Positions 50,663-64,000 of a stretch of 64,000 nt of DNA are shown one piece after another. Numbering within the stretch: position 1 is the stretch's first letter; the number at the start of each line of letters is the position of its first letter. The position numbers and the translations under genes were made by a program. The DNA is taken from positions 558,001 through 622,000 of the forward strand of contig NC_088308.1 in assembly GCF_910592395.1 (NCBI RefSeq). The letters run 5' to 3'. Origin of the DNA: Lineus longissimus (taxonomy: Eukaryota). The notes below the pieces were generated by a model. The model saw only the letters and a list, made by a program, of their open reading frames with translations. It had not been told where the DNA came from and did no database searches.

Positions 50663-53600
50663 ATCCCTGGGGATAATAGGACGAGAGTAGCGGCCTTTCT
50701 CGATTAAAAGACATGTTACATGTTACCCTTACCTTAAGTAGGCAGACAAAATACTCCCCTTCACTGAAGCCTTCCTCAGAGCTTTTACCCCAAGTGTGTG
50801 AGAGGTGTGAAACCATCCCCCGACCAGCCAGCCTGGGCCTGGCTAATGCAGACAAAGACTGCATTTGTCAGTTAATCCTTCATCTTTGATGATATTACTT
50901 CTGTGCTTTTAACACATATCAGTAGAGTTTAAAACAATGAAATGATGAGTTTATTGACCTGGGGAATCAAGCCGAAGTGCAAGCTTTTACCTTTCTCCAC
51001 CTGCTTGTTATTTTACCAGAGTGATGTGTTCTGTACTTTGATTGGTTGTGCAGATTGCCATACAAACATAACACATACACTTGATGTTTTTCAAAGAATT
51101 TCAAATTGGTCTCTTTGGGGATTCTACTGTCGTTGCGGATATTTGTTCTTTAGAGGCTCAAAGGTTGGAAATAGGTTTCTATTTCAATTTGGATGCTGCT
51201 ACAAACGTATAGCAAATCTAATGATTCGATCAGATGGTGTTGTTGCTCAAGAGAATTGTTTGCAGATGGCAGACTCTAACTAAGGTAAATGTAGTGATCA
51301 GCCAAGATCAGGATGACTGGTATGGTGCCAGCTCCACCTCCTGCCATTCTAGTAAGGGGTGTAATCATCCGCTATTGCTCGAAACTTTGCCCAGTCAATC
51401 CTATCCACAGTACCAGTTTATTGTTACACTATGTGGAAACATGTGGACACTCAGGTGACCACCTTATGTCTTTTGTCCAACTACAAAACCTAGTATGGAA
51501 CTGGTATAAACAGGCACGAACTGACTCTCCAGCAATAAACCCATAACTCTGATGACACTTTCGAGTATCTTTCACTGTCCCTTTTACCACTGTCATAAAA
51601 CGATAATCTGCACCGTATCTAAAGTGCTCTAACATCGCCTCCCTGGTGATATTGGCAATTTCATGTTGACATCATTGATGCTCATCGGTGCTGAAAATCG
51701 GAATCAGTGCTGCTTGTTCGTCTTACTTCATGCTAATAATCAGTATTGCGGGGCCGTCCTTTGACCAGCTGCATTCCTGATGTGAAATTGCGTGCTGGAA
51801 AAAAACAGTTGCATTCAGTGGGTGTATTCGGGCTTCCATCAGGTCGTTGTGCATGTCTTCCATACTCCTGGCTTGGATGGCCAGTGGAAACATTGGATGA
51901 CTGCTGCAGGCCAAGCCTTTATTGGATGGTCATTTCGTAAAAACCTTTAGAATATTGAGAACCAAGCATTCCATTGATCCTAAGCAAAGATGTTATCAGT
52001 GTGCCTTGCAGCAGCAGCAACGTTATTCATTGCTAGAACTATTGCATTGTAACAATAAGATAGTTATAAGAAAGTGTTTGTGTGATAACTTGTGGCAAAA
52101 CTGTCTTCCTTCTCCTCCCAGTTTTGTTATGCATTGGCTGATTAGTCATCATCAGGACAGATTGGGTTAACAATCTTATCCAGGTCGTCACTTGGTCATA
52201 GAGCTTGTCAAAGGGACTCGGAGCCTTGTATCAAAATGCAGTGAAAAGTGTCTGCTTTAACTACTCTGTCCGATGAGGAGGTAGTGGTAAAATGTCTAAA
52301 CCTTTGAAGATACATGTACCACAATTGGAAGTTTAAGAAATGGCACTCCAACAGTTTTCATATTGTTTCGTGTTAGGTACTGGTAACAAATATTTTGGAC
52401 AGTTTGGTCGATACTGATACTTTTCTGCCATGTTGTTCAGCATGTCGACCCTTGACCAATAACAGCATTGTTGCTGTTGGCTCCTGTCAGATTTGTTTAC
52501 ATTAGGAAAGAGTTATGAGAAAATGGTCAATAAATTACTCGGGTTATTATGCGTTGCAAATCGGTGAATCCTTCATGGTAACAATGTGGTGACAAATGAC
52601 TTGACCAGTCGATATATCAAGCCGTATTGGTCGTATGGTCGGGCTTGTTTGTATGCAATTCATCAAGATTACTTCCTGAGATGTGCGGCTAGGGTTAGAG
52701 TCCATATTTTGTATACAGTTATCGGGCCTCAGTTGTGCAACTGGGAAAAAATCTGAATGTTTTTTACCGACTTCGGCTGATTCAAAGTCATCAAATGAGT
52801 AAAGGTCGCATTGCTCTGGCTCTGGTTTTGTTCTAACCAATACAATTTTGTCAATTAACTCTGTGAAGGAGATGAAGAGATTTGATAGCTAATGGAAACC
52901 ACAATAACATCAAGATGAGATTCCTCTAATATCAATACTTGCTGTCAGTTCTGTCATCTTGTTGAAGCTGATATTGCCAAAGGAAGATTACCGTCCGGTG
53001 CAATAAGGATGACGCGGCGGATCATATGCGCAGATCATAACCAGGAATCATGAGCAGCTCTTGACGGAGAAGCTCGAGTCCCCAAGGAATGTATGGTGCT
53101 TGATGGTTGTCGGGGAGTGGTATTCGGTAACCCTGGGCAAGGAAATCAAAACCTACTTACTGACTCAAGCTACGTGATTGGGGTCAAGTTTCCTCCATCT
53201 TATATGCGAGTTTGGGAAATATCCAAGCAGCAGCTGGTCGTTCACCAAGACAGATCTTGCCAGAACATGCTCACGTTGCTGTCAATTCCTTCATCTCATT
53301 AAAGCAGATCATGTTCTGCACCCGACCACTTAGACCTGCCCCTCGCGCGTGGTTTCCATCCGAAAATGTTGACAGACTAATACTCACAATATAGTGTCAG
53401 CGAGAAAGCAAATATGATATTGACATTACATGTCGTTGCTGAGATAATGAACACCACTGAAGCAGGATTAGGGTAAGGGAAGATACACACGGCACCTACT
53501 TTGTCATAGACAAACACTGAACAGTTTATCAGTGAAGCCCCCGCCCTCTACCACACCAGGCGGTCTGTGTGGAGTGGCATTTTATGTCACTGTCAGCTGA

Positions 53601-54173
53601 TGAAGGGCATTCCCAACGATACTCCTCTCTAGATGTACTTTCAATTGGTGGTTCTGCCATCACCGAGCCGGTCATTTGCCGACACTTTCCGGTCATCTTT
53701 TTATTTTCGCCCGGATAGTCCCCGCAGAGCCGAGTGCTCTTTGGTACACTTGTCGGTGTTGTACTGTTTCAGCTAGAGAGCGGCACATCGTGGAACTAGT
53801 GGAGCAGCCAGTGTCATTACGCATGGTTCTTGTAGTACAACTACTTGATCAACCTTTGGTGACGTTCCCCTTCAAGCTCTCAAATCTCCGACCAATACCC
53901 AACCTACATGATGGATATCACTCTCTGCCCGCCATTACTTTCATTGAGATCTATAGGAAGCCATAAATCGTATGTGAAAGTCAATTGGTCTGGAGGTTCT
54001 CACTAGTTACAAGAATTTGAAGGTTGCTTGAGTAGGTTGGCGTCGTTTGGACAAATACTATGATTGTTGGTCGTCGTTTGGACGAAGACCATAATCAGAC
54101 GACGTATTGGTATTGGAAGCATATGGTACATGTATTGTTTGATACAAATTGCCAGTCCGTCTTATACTTGTCA

Positions 54174-54450
54174 TCAGTATAGCTTACCAAGTGAGAAGCC
54201 TTATTGCCCATGTTGACATGCACGGCTGACAACCATGCAAAAAGGCCCGGGCTCGATACCGGGCAGAACCCCAAACTGTATTTCTGGATGAATCGGCGTG
54301 GCTTTGAAGGAACTTAAATTCCTGGCTCTTCACAACACAGGGTATGAATATTCGTGGGTCTGTTAGATGAGACTATAAAAGGTCCCTCGTACCTGAGTAT
54401 CTTGCTCAGGGCGAGTAAAAGAACTCGCACAGTCGGCAGCAGTCTACAGT
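54174..54450 (+). mobile_element. Degenerate tRNA-derived SINE
   Basis: A-box-like TAGCTTACCAAGTG; B-box-like arm CCCGGGCTCGATACCGGG; central GATGAGACTATAAAAGGTCCC...GTAAAAGAAC resembling conserved SINE core domains. Confidence 0.55.
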
Positions 54451-57054
54451 GGATTCGTGTCCATACCTCCGGCAAAAATCCAGAACGGTAATGAAGCCAA
54501 CTCAGTGTGCATTGCAGAAGACAAAGTGAACGTGACTATAGAGGCATAAAGCTTGACATTATGGTTTGTTGTCATTTGTGTTAGTTTCCCACAAATGTTT
54601 GAATTGGACACAGGCAATGACAATACTGCTAGATCCTGTCGTAGAGGCAGATAATCGCCATGTTCTGTTTGGTGAGGCAGTTTAGCAGACGATGTTGCTA
54701 AATGTTTGCATTGTGTATGAGTCAGGGCCTACGTGTGTCGGCGTACGTGTTGGCTCGAAAATACATGTTCTATGCTGACACCAAAGGAAGTGTGTCGCAT
54801 CAGAGAATGTCATGCTTGGTCTCATTGTGCTTATAATGTAACATTATAGATGTGATTAGTCTGTATCAAATCGCCATCAACGAGCGATGAAGGCCACCTA
54901 ACGGCAACTATCAACAACAGCATATTGTAACTCCATTGAATGAAAGACGATGCAACACGTCATCATCACATTGGTGACATGAGAGTACAGAGGCGTCATG
55001 TTGGCAATTCCTAGGTTCCATCACCATAATTTATCGCCGATGTTTTTCAAACTTTGATTCCACAAGGGATTCAACATAAAACTAACGATCTGTAATCCAA
55101 CATCATCCATTCACAAACCACAACATTGATTATTTGTCAGAAAAGAGCAACTTGTCTATTTCTAAATTTTGCGATAAATTGCAAATGGAAAAACTTTTAA
55201 GTGTTTCGTATCACGATTCCAGTTGATGGCGTATGTGGGGGTTTTCAGATTGATTTTATCAGCGGGGTTTGATGTGTTTTATGTCACTCTGATGCGATCT
55301 TGACGGTGAAATTGTCGGGAACCTGTTTGATCTGACTCGCGTACTTATTTTTATTTCGAGGCAGTTGTGAGAGTGATTTTATCAGCTGTCATTTAATGTG
55401 CTTTTGGAAAATTTATCAATAATATGATTTCTCTTGGGGTTTGATATTGCTGCAAATTCTCGAGTTTAATTAGTGTTTTTTTGTTCCGTTTGCCAGCTTT
55501 ATGAATTCTGACTCAGTTGTATGCCTCTGCTCAACAGAGAAGCGAACGGAAAATAACGTTGGTGATAAAATGGCACCAGCACCAGCACCAGTAATCTTGG
55601 CCATTTTGTGCTAAGATTTCCGTCTCTGCGCTACACTTACGAAACGTAGCAAGTAGGCCTCCTAAACTATCCTCCGGCACGATGAAAAAAGTTATTATGA
55701 GATATCAATGTGATGTTATTTGACTAAAAGCTAAACAACACTGATGAATGTAAAAGTTGAATTGGTGATAATTTTCATGTTTGTACAGCTGCATGGCCCA
55801 GATATCATGACCATACCTCTCGATACAAACCTCCAGGCATGCTCTAAGTTGCATATTTTATACAACTGATAACTTATCTTGTTTATTTTGCAAATAACTC
55901 ACCAACTTTCTGTGTGATTTCTACTGTTGATGTCACATTTGCCAAGACAAGTTTCTGCCATTGTGGCCGAGTTCGGTATGGACCTGGAGTTGGACCTGAG
56001 CGGGATCGAGTTGACTGCCCAGAAGCTAACTCAAAATTCAGTGTCGTCCTCAAACCGCGACCCTGAATGTATGCTTGACGCCTTTTTCTATCTAATTCGC
56101 AACCCAGGCTCAACACTCAATGACTTGAGGGGTCGACTCGAGGCTGAGAGACGGACCTATTAAAGATACCTTTCCGATCAAGGGACAGTAAATCCTACAC
56201 GACATGTTCATTTTAGACATGGCGTAATCCCACGTGAAACTCCTGCTCCAGCCTCCGGTCCCAGACTAACCCTGCCTGAGAGTTGGATTCCATACACACT
56301 TTGTATTCCCCAAGCCATACTCAACCAGCAATGGTAAGCTTCTGGAGATGGTAAGTAAAGAGACCATCAATTCAGCCTCTGTTTATTTGTGTTGATTGTT
56401 ATTTTCTCAATGTCACATTTGTGGTAAAACACACTTCCCCTGAGAGCCATTTCACTCATTTTGAATGGATGGCTCGACCAGATTTAGATTTGTAAGCAGA
56501 TCCTGTCGCTTGTGGTTTGGGATTCAGTCTTTTTACAAGTGAGTTGTTGCCTCATTGGTGGATATTTGGTGGAACTCTTCCGAAGATGGGGAGGGTTAAG
56601 TGCACAGTGGTTAGAGCTTCGGGCTTATCACCAGAATTATCGCAGTTTCGACTCTTAGACGGATCCGCACAAGCGCTGTTGCATCCACCCAGGAGTAGAT
56701 ACAAAGTGAGTGACCTTTCACCATTCACCCATGTCACTGGCACCGTACAGTATCATGTATTTTGCTGCAGTATTGATTTCCATGGTTCAGTAAAACCTCA
56801 GGAAACTCTGGCAGTTTGATATTGAATTATGTTTATTTAATCATACCAGCAATGTTTGTTTACAACTTCTGGCTGTAATTATACACTTGCTCGTTAGTAA
56901 ACAAATTTGGAGCACACTGTGATAAATGGTTGCCGAGAAGAAACTTTATAGTATTTTTATCGAGTCAATACTCAATAGTTCATGGGGTGAATTGAGGACT
57001 GATTTCAAATTTAAGTAGTCTACGCTACAGGGATGTGTTGAAGATGTCAATGTC

Positions 57055-57210
57055 CCCACACAGATGCCACTGAGAATATCCCTGCGCGGGTCCCAACCTC
57101 AACGCCACAGCTGAGATACCAACATCCCTGCACAGATGCCGACATCCCTGCCCAGATGCCGACATCCCTGCTCTGATGTCAACATCCTTGCTGAGATGCC
57201 AACAACCCTA
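57055..57210. repeat. About 20-bp degenerate tandem repeat (CAGATGCCGACATCCCTGC)
   Basis: About 6 units visible. Confidence 0.8.
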
Positions 57211-60200
57211 CTCAAGAGCATGTGTCCCTATACTACTTGCAAATCTTCGACATTTCCTCCTTGATTCTTCCAGGAATGAAATGTTAATATCGGAATTTGT
57301 GAGAAGTATTGATATATCATTCCCCAGCAATGTTCATGTCAACTAGAGCCAGCGAGGCTAGCTACATGTATGGCGGCTTCTTTAGCATTAATCGCGCCAA
57401 ACACACATTCTTGTGATTTATATCTGATTGGCGATGCATCTTTTGAGACAGATCAGCTTGCCAAGATGTATCGACCTTTAAAAGGGACATTGATCTGAGC
57501 ATTATGTGGGACTTAAAGGGGCATTGATCTTGACATGATGTCGGAGATAATGGAAGTGTAGCCGCGAATCGAGCGACAATGCTTGAGCGGTGGGTGGTAT
57601 TGGTCTGTTTGAAGATGTGAGAGTTCTTTCATCAACAGTCGTAGTTTTCTATGGAACTGACTGGACTGTTTGCTGCTGCTTTGTACATCAGCAGTGTCTT
57701 CTTGCAAAGACAGCTTGGATAAAAGCTCAGTTTAGTCACCTATTGCAGCTGTATCAGTCATCAGCGTGATACCAGACCATAAACATTTGTGTCGTTCATA
57801 GATTTAAGCGTTACGATCTGATATTGTCCCCTGGGAAGGGGATAGCCAGTCAGCCCAAGGAGGTCTGCTCTAACGTTATCTCGTATCTCCCTCGCCCACA
57901 CCACCATCGAGGCGAAGAGACGGCCCAGCAGTCATATACAACATGTATTGTGAAACTGATTGGTAATCCCGGGGCCGGTTGGGAAGTATCTGGCAATCAC
58001 TTGCAGGGTTATGAAGTATGGTTGCTATCGCCATGTAAAGTTCTTTGACAATTGAATAATTCTTGGAGATGAGATCGGCTTATGATTAGTTTTTATCTCG
58101 AGATTGTCTTTCAGAACTCTTTATTCAGTCCAAGGCTGAGTGGCTTTTATCTGACCTCGCATGGGTTTTAGTTCCCGCCATGCGTTCTTGAGAAGTGACT
58201 TTCTGCTTCCACTTGCACTTCTTTACCTGCAGAAAGAGTGGTCCTTTCTGTATAAAAGAGGATTGTCATGCAGCGTCTATTGAGGCAAACCATCATTATG
58301 AACAAGTGATGACCCCCTTTAACACACACATTAAATCTAGCATAGGATTTAGTTTTTCCCCTGGAAGCTTATCCGCCCTATAGGAATACACCATGTCACT
58401 TATTCATGGAAGCTTTTTAGCTCAGACTGGGTCTCATATTTTATTTTATCATCTCAGTTTTTCATTTGAAATCTGACATGGCTTTTTTGGTTGGCGTCAC
58501 CGTCATGATGTGTCTTGCTGCATTATTGATAAGATGATGTTTATGGCTCATCAAGCTCTTTGATCGAAAGAGAAGTACTGGTAGCAACCTAAAATAAGTC
58601 ATCTGTATAGCATTACAGGTCAGACATAAGACCATCCACTGATTACTGCCCACCAGCAAGAGGGCTTGTCGGCTGTAGGGCTCGACTGAAAGGCTTTTAT
58701 GACCATTCCGTCAGGTCATGAGAAGAATCTTAAGGCTATATGGGTCTACCTCTTCACTCCTAACTGCTTCCACGGGACAGCATCTGACCGGCGTACCACG
58801 TGATTCAGGGAAAGATCAATGATTTTATGCTATTTCTGTGTGATAGTGACAACTGCTAAGTTGGCTTAATTGCCTATCTCTCAGTCTTACTCTGCCACTG
58901 TGATTGTCTGTCTCCAGTGCGTCAGCTGCAGAAAATGAGCTGCACCGATCCTCATCATCAAGGTCATATTGCAGGCAGCTGCCTCGAGCGAGGAGAACAT
59001 CGGAATCCAGGAGAGGACATAATGACTAATCCTCGGATATCAATACTGAGTTGCACCTGTCGATAGCAGCGGTCACTTGTCTGATGCAGCTCCGGTGAAC
59101 AACATCACAGAATGTCACAACCGCATGGCTTCTCCTTCAAGAAGGGAACACTTTTGACCAAGGGCAAGTTGCTCACCATCCAGTTGCCAATCTTGTCTGA
59201 TTTCACTCAGGTGTTCTCAGCATGACCATTCAAAGTATGTCTGCTTCATGCCTCGCCGTAGAGCCCATTAGTATACAGGCATCAGCAACATTGATCAAGG
59301 CTTGGGAATGCGCAACATCGATCTTTTAGGCTGCATGATCCTGGACTGATCACTTGTGAAGCTTTCCTCTGTTCGGGGGCGTGTTACCGTATGACCTGGT
59401 GACGCACCAGACAGAAAATGAGCCTTATTGGACATTCCAATTGGATGCATCCCATGAAAGTACGGTATTCAAAATATGAAAGTTTCAATCACAAAAAATA
59501 AAACTATTTTCTGTTGGAACCATCATAATAGCAATCAACCACACACAACGGTCTTTTTACGGATGTTCTGCTCTCTGACATGTTATAGAAACGTGCAGCA
59601 TGATTTCCCAAGCCTAACATAAAACCAATCCATCTGGCTTTTTTCTGGCCGACGTCCGCAATACCCAGTGTCATACAGAGATGACATTAGGTTATTTTCC
59701 CATTGATTGAGCGTATATCAAATGTTAGGCTGACTCCAATACTCTTGAGTCTAAACGGACTTATTTCCGTTGTTCAGAGAGCGGAGCAGAAGGTTTACAC
59801 GCAGAACGCCGTATTAGCTAAATGTAAGATGAAGCTTCAAAGTTGACAAAGTTGCATTAACTGTAACTTTAAGGAGACGAGCAAGAGCAACTCGTTGCAT
59901 ACTTGATATTGCATTCACGCTAACATAGCTGAAGTAATGTTGGCAGGAGTGTACCGATCGAATTAGAGTAAAGCAGTGAGCAGATTATCATGTACATGTA
60001 TATAGCTTTACTGCCAAACAATGTCCCATAGTTCTTTTCTTTCATAGAATCCATATCTAATCCACCTGTTACAAAATGCATGAGTGAAGCCATTGTAATG
60101 GGCTGCCCTAATTGTTCATCATTCCACCATAGTTATTACCACATCTATAATTGACAACATTAACTGCACAGCGTGTACATTTCATCAGCTAAATGTCTTT

Positions 60201-63200
60201 TATATGCCGGCTAAAAAGCTCTAGTTCCGCATGGTGTGGTTTGATTGTATTTGATGGCAACCAAATTGCAAATCAACCCACAGAATGACATTATCATTCC
60301 ATGTAATGATAAAAATTATTCTATTAATGGCTGCTTTCAGTGGCATTGTGTTTGTCTGTTTGTCCGATGTCCGTACCTTGATGTTTATCGACGGCTTGTA
60401 AGCTGGCATTAGATGACTTGGTCAGGTAGAAGCTATTTGGCGTTTGTATGACTTAACTCATCGTCAAAGGGACCATGTAATTGTCAAATTAGCTCAGTAC
60501 AGATACAGGACAGTCACACGTATCTCAATTGTGCAAATACATAGGTGTATACCACTAAATACATACTGCAGTCCAACTCATGAACTGAAAATGTGCAATA
60601 TCATTATTTGCAATGTAGCTCTTAGTCACACTGGTATAATTCTCACTAATACAGCTAATCATTTGAATTCCTGTGCTATTCTGGGTAGCTCGCAGCCTCT
60701 CATCCATTGCGTTTTTATCACGTTTGCACAACCAGCATATTGTGTTGAAAGGATGATGAATTCCTTGCAGTGAATAACGTGGTTTTTACCCGAGGAAAAG
60801 ATCAGAGAATGCTACACAATGCAACTAGACACTCTGAATAAATCGGCCTTTTTCATAAGGACATGGGTGGACTGCCATTTCTATTAGCGCCACATGAGAA
60901 GGTTATGTCTTCATGGAGAGAAAGAAGTCATTTTAATTTGTCTGCGGTGGCAGTTTGCCTTTCGCTATCCTGTTATGATATGGCGAATGATATCATATGA
61001 TACGATTTGGCTAAAAATAGCAAAAATATCGTTCACTTTATAATTTTTTGTAAGGAGGCACGAAATTTGGCACACTCAGTTTCCTATGATTGCACTTTTC
61101 ATATGGTGATACTCACGGCTGAATGCGCAAAATTGCGTATTGAGAAATGTTGCTTTTATCCCTGTCATGACGCTGTTCCCACCATCCCTGTTGCTTCAGC
61201 TCGAGTTAGCTAATTCAAATTCATGTGTTTTTTCGTGCCATTGCCTAAGTGATGTATGGTTTAGATGGGATTGCCTCTTTTATCTGAATAATGGTTTCTG
61301 TTGTTGAGTGGATCATTGTTGCTTTCTGATCTGTCACTGCGGTGGTTTTTCGTCGCCAGATCGGCTGAGGATGATTGAATGAGGAATGATCCTGAGCATC
61401 ACTAACGTAGACTTTAAGAATGCTGTCAATATAGACCTACTGGCGATAGTTATTAGATGGGTTTCTCCAGGTCAGATGTTGTTGTGAGTTGAAAATGACC
61501 CCGAGTTGTTAAATGAACCTCAAAATGTGCAATTGTGGTGCAAAGAAGTACTTTGACAATGTTTTATCAGGAAGTGAGCACTTCTCTCCTTACAGTAACC
61601 CGTACCCTAGCTTTTTGGAACAATATAACTGTATCTCACACAAGTGGAGAGTTACACACTGTTTATGTTTCCAGAAATGTCTTCAAGTGAACGAGAAATA
61701 TTTCACCGGAAAGGAAGGATTTGATGTGATAATGAATTGTGGCGTTGGCAGAAAGTGTTCAAAACCTTGTGTGCTAAAATCCACTCATGAAAATTGAATT
61801 ATTTTTTTGCCCAGCTCCTCCTGAGAGGAAAGTGAATGCAATGTGCCATCGGCCGTCAACGAGCTTCAGCACATCTCAATGGAGAACGCCACCAGTTTTG
61901 GAATCAACTAAGTGAAATTGAAATTGATGGATTCTTTAGAAATGTATCGATTTGCCTCGTTGCTCTCAATAGAACTGGAAATGTGACAAGACTCTATCAG
62001 TTTCTAATCATCGCACTTGGTTGGCCTAATTTATTGACTGGGAACATTTTCAAAATATCCTATATCGATAAGAAGTAGAAAACATGTCGGCTGTGGATTG
62101 AAGCCTTCCATTGGTAGCCATGCAGTATGTTGTTGGTTCAGCTCCTACAAGAGATTTGGGGGTCACGATATTAGAGATCTTTCATCTCCCGTCTTGGTCC
62201 CTACCACCAAAATACCACAGCGGGACTGTCAGTCTGGAAGGCATCTTGTCAGTCTAAAGGAGTTTTGACTACTTTGAAATTTCAAACTTGTTCCAGGCGG
62301 AACTTTATAATACCAGTCTTGTTTTTACAGCCCAATTAATCACATATAATGAAATAACATACAAGCCTATAACTATTACTGAAATGCGAACACGCTATTA
62401 CAAGATATGTAACAATAGAATTTGTTTTAGAAAGTCACTGGACTCTACATATACATGTTCTTGTACACATATTCTGATGTAGTTTATAGGGTAAAATGGT
62501 GAGACTGACATCTTAAATGAAGACATGAAAATCGTCAGTAGAATGACGCCATGCATATTCAATTCCAGTTTACGAGAGATTTCAAAAGAGAGATTGTGTC
62601 AATTTATTTGCCGACGTAGGTTTGGGTTGGAAAATTTCTCTCTCAAACATATCGATTTGACACCCGCTCATGAAATAAACTAGAAAATGTGTCAGTTCTT
62701 ATCAACCTTCAATGATTTCAATCGGGTTCTCTCTATTGATTTGAACAAGGTCGAATTATTCCTCTTCTATCAAACACATGCTGGGTTCACAGCCAGGCAA
62801 GATAAAGTTCCTGGAGAGATTGAAATGAGTGGCCTAACCGGTAAGGCCAATGAAATGGTTGTCACCTGATTGAACATTGATTTATGATATTCTCATCCAT
62901 CTTTATGTATACACTGATGATGATCATACCTCAATACCAAGTCATTTTACTTCAGCAACAGTTCTTTCCACTTGCCTGACCTTTGTAAGAATCCAACCCT
63001 CAGGTCCAGAGAGTAAGAATACTTAATTGTATTTTGACAAGCACAAAGTCAATCGATTCTAAACTACAGTATCCCTTGATGGCTAATGCTATTATGATTG
63101 TAAAGGCTATCATCGATTACAAGGCAGACAGATGGCCACTTTAAACAAACCAGCTGCGGGCCAACCACTAATTTCTTCTGTAACCTTGTTATAGGATCAT

Positions 63201-64000
63201 CAATGTGTATGGCAGACTCGTCTTTGATAACTGATCTGGAATCACAAACTTCTGCTAATTTGAAGCCTAACGGTTATGGTGTCCATTCACCAACGACGGT
63301 AGATCGGCATGCTGTTGATCTATTCAGTCTTATTCTGCTTATGCCGCCTGATGAAATTGGTATTCTATCACGACTTCCTTCACAAGGACAATGCGGTGTA
63401 ACTATCAAGAAGTATACCAGCAATAATTAATACAACCAAACCGATGTGTTCCGTAAAGAGCCCTCACCTTTTCAATCAGATGAGAAACCGAGTTGAAGTG
63501 TGATTGATATTGACTAAAGCAGTTGACATAGCCGGGAAATGAACTTTTCGTGACGAGTGAACAGCCTAGACGCGAGATGAGGATGATCAGTTTCAGATGG
63601 TGCAAATTTGTATTTAATTTCCTTGACGATGTTGGTAAATTTACAGAGTGAACGATCTCGGTGACGTCATCTTTAAAGTTAATGAATTCAAGCTTAGATA
63701 AGTAAGGCTGTTGATGTCATGACGGGTATGAAAAGGTCAGAAATGTATTACAATTGAGCTAGTTCTCAATCATTTTCAATTAGCACATCAATAATTGTCA
63801 AATATTATTTAGGTTTCCATGTGTTTGCCCGACACCAAGATTATGCGATATCAGCTGTTTGTCCTAGACGTGTTACATAACAGATAAAAGGCTGTTTACA
63901 AAAGGTCACTGACCATGACATTATAATTAATCATGATTTTCAACGAACATGTTTGTCAGTGACATGTACATTTACATACCAATTCAGTAAGGATGGTACA

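Noticed and set aside
54190..54270. Possible tRNA gene
   Set aside because: No complete cloverleaf; followed by a SINE-like body
55927..56356. Protein-like frame ending at a GTAAGT donor
   Set aside because: In-frame stops, no clear acceptor, no recognisable family; at most a decayed fragment

Overview
Eukaryotic, intron-rich, invertebrate-like animal genomic DNA; no prokaryotic features. The left half carries four genes: the 3' part of a rhodopsin-class neuropeptide GPCR (+), a small orphan ORF (-), a two-exon uncharacterised gene (+), and a complete 13-exon LENG8/Thp3 (SAC3/GANP-PCI) gene (+, 22709-30365, about 838 aa by my exon joining). The main discovery is an array of related box H/ACA snoRNA-like elements in three consecutive LENG8 introns: six apparently intact copies plus two decayed ones, 2-4 per intron. 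Their invariant 5'-hairpin pocket (TGTGTA...AAGGGC, 14 nt before an ANANNA box) is complementary to the conserved 18S rRNA segment GCCCUUUGUACACA, the human U1692 / SNORA70 target. The last LENG8 intron has a weak donor plus internal strong decoy or recursive splice signals. The rest of the window contains MITEs, Helentron-like elements, a SINE, a LINE 3' end and tandem repeats. From about 36 to 64 kb I could not confidently identify any gene.
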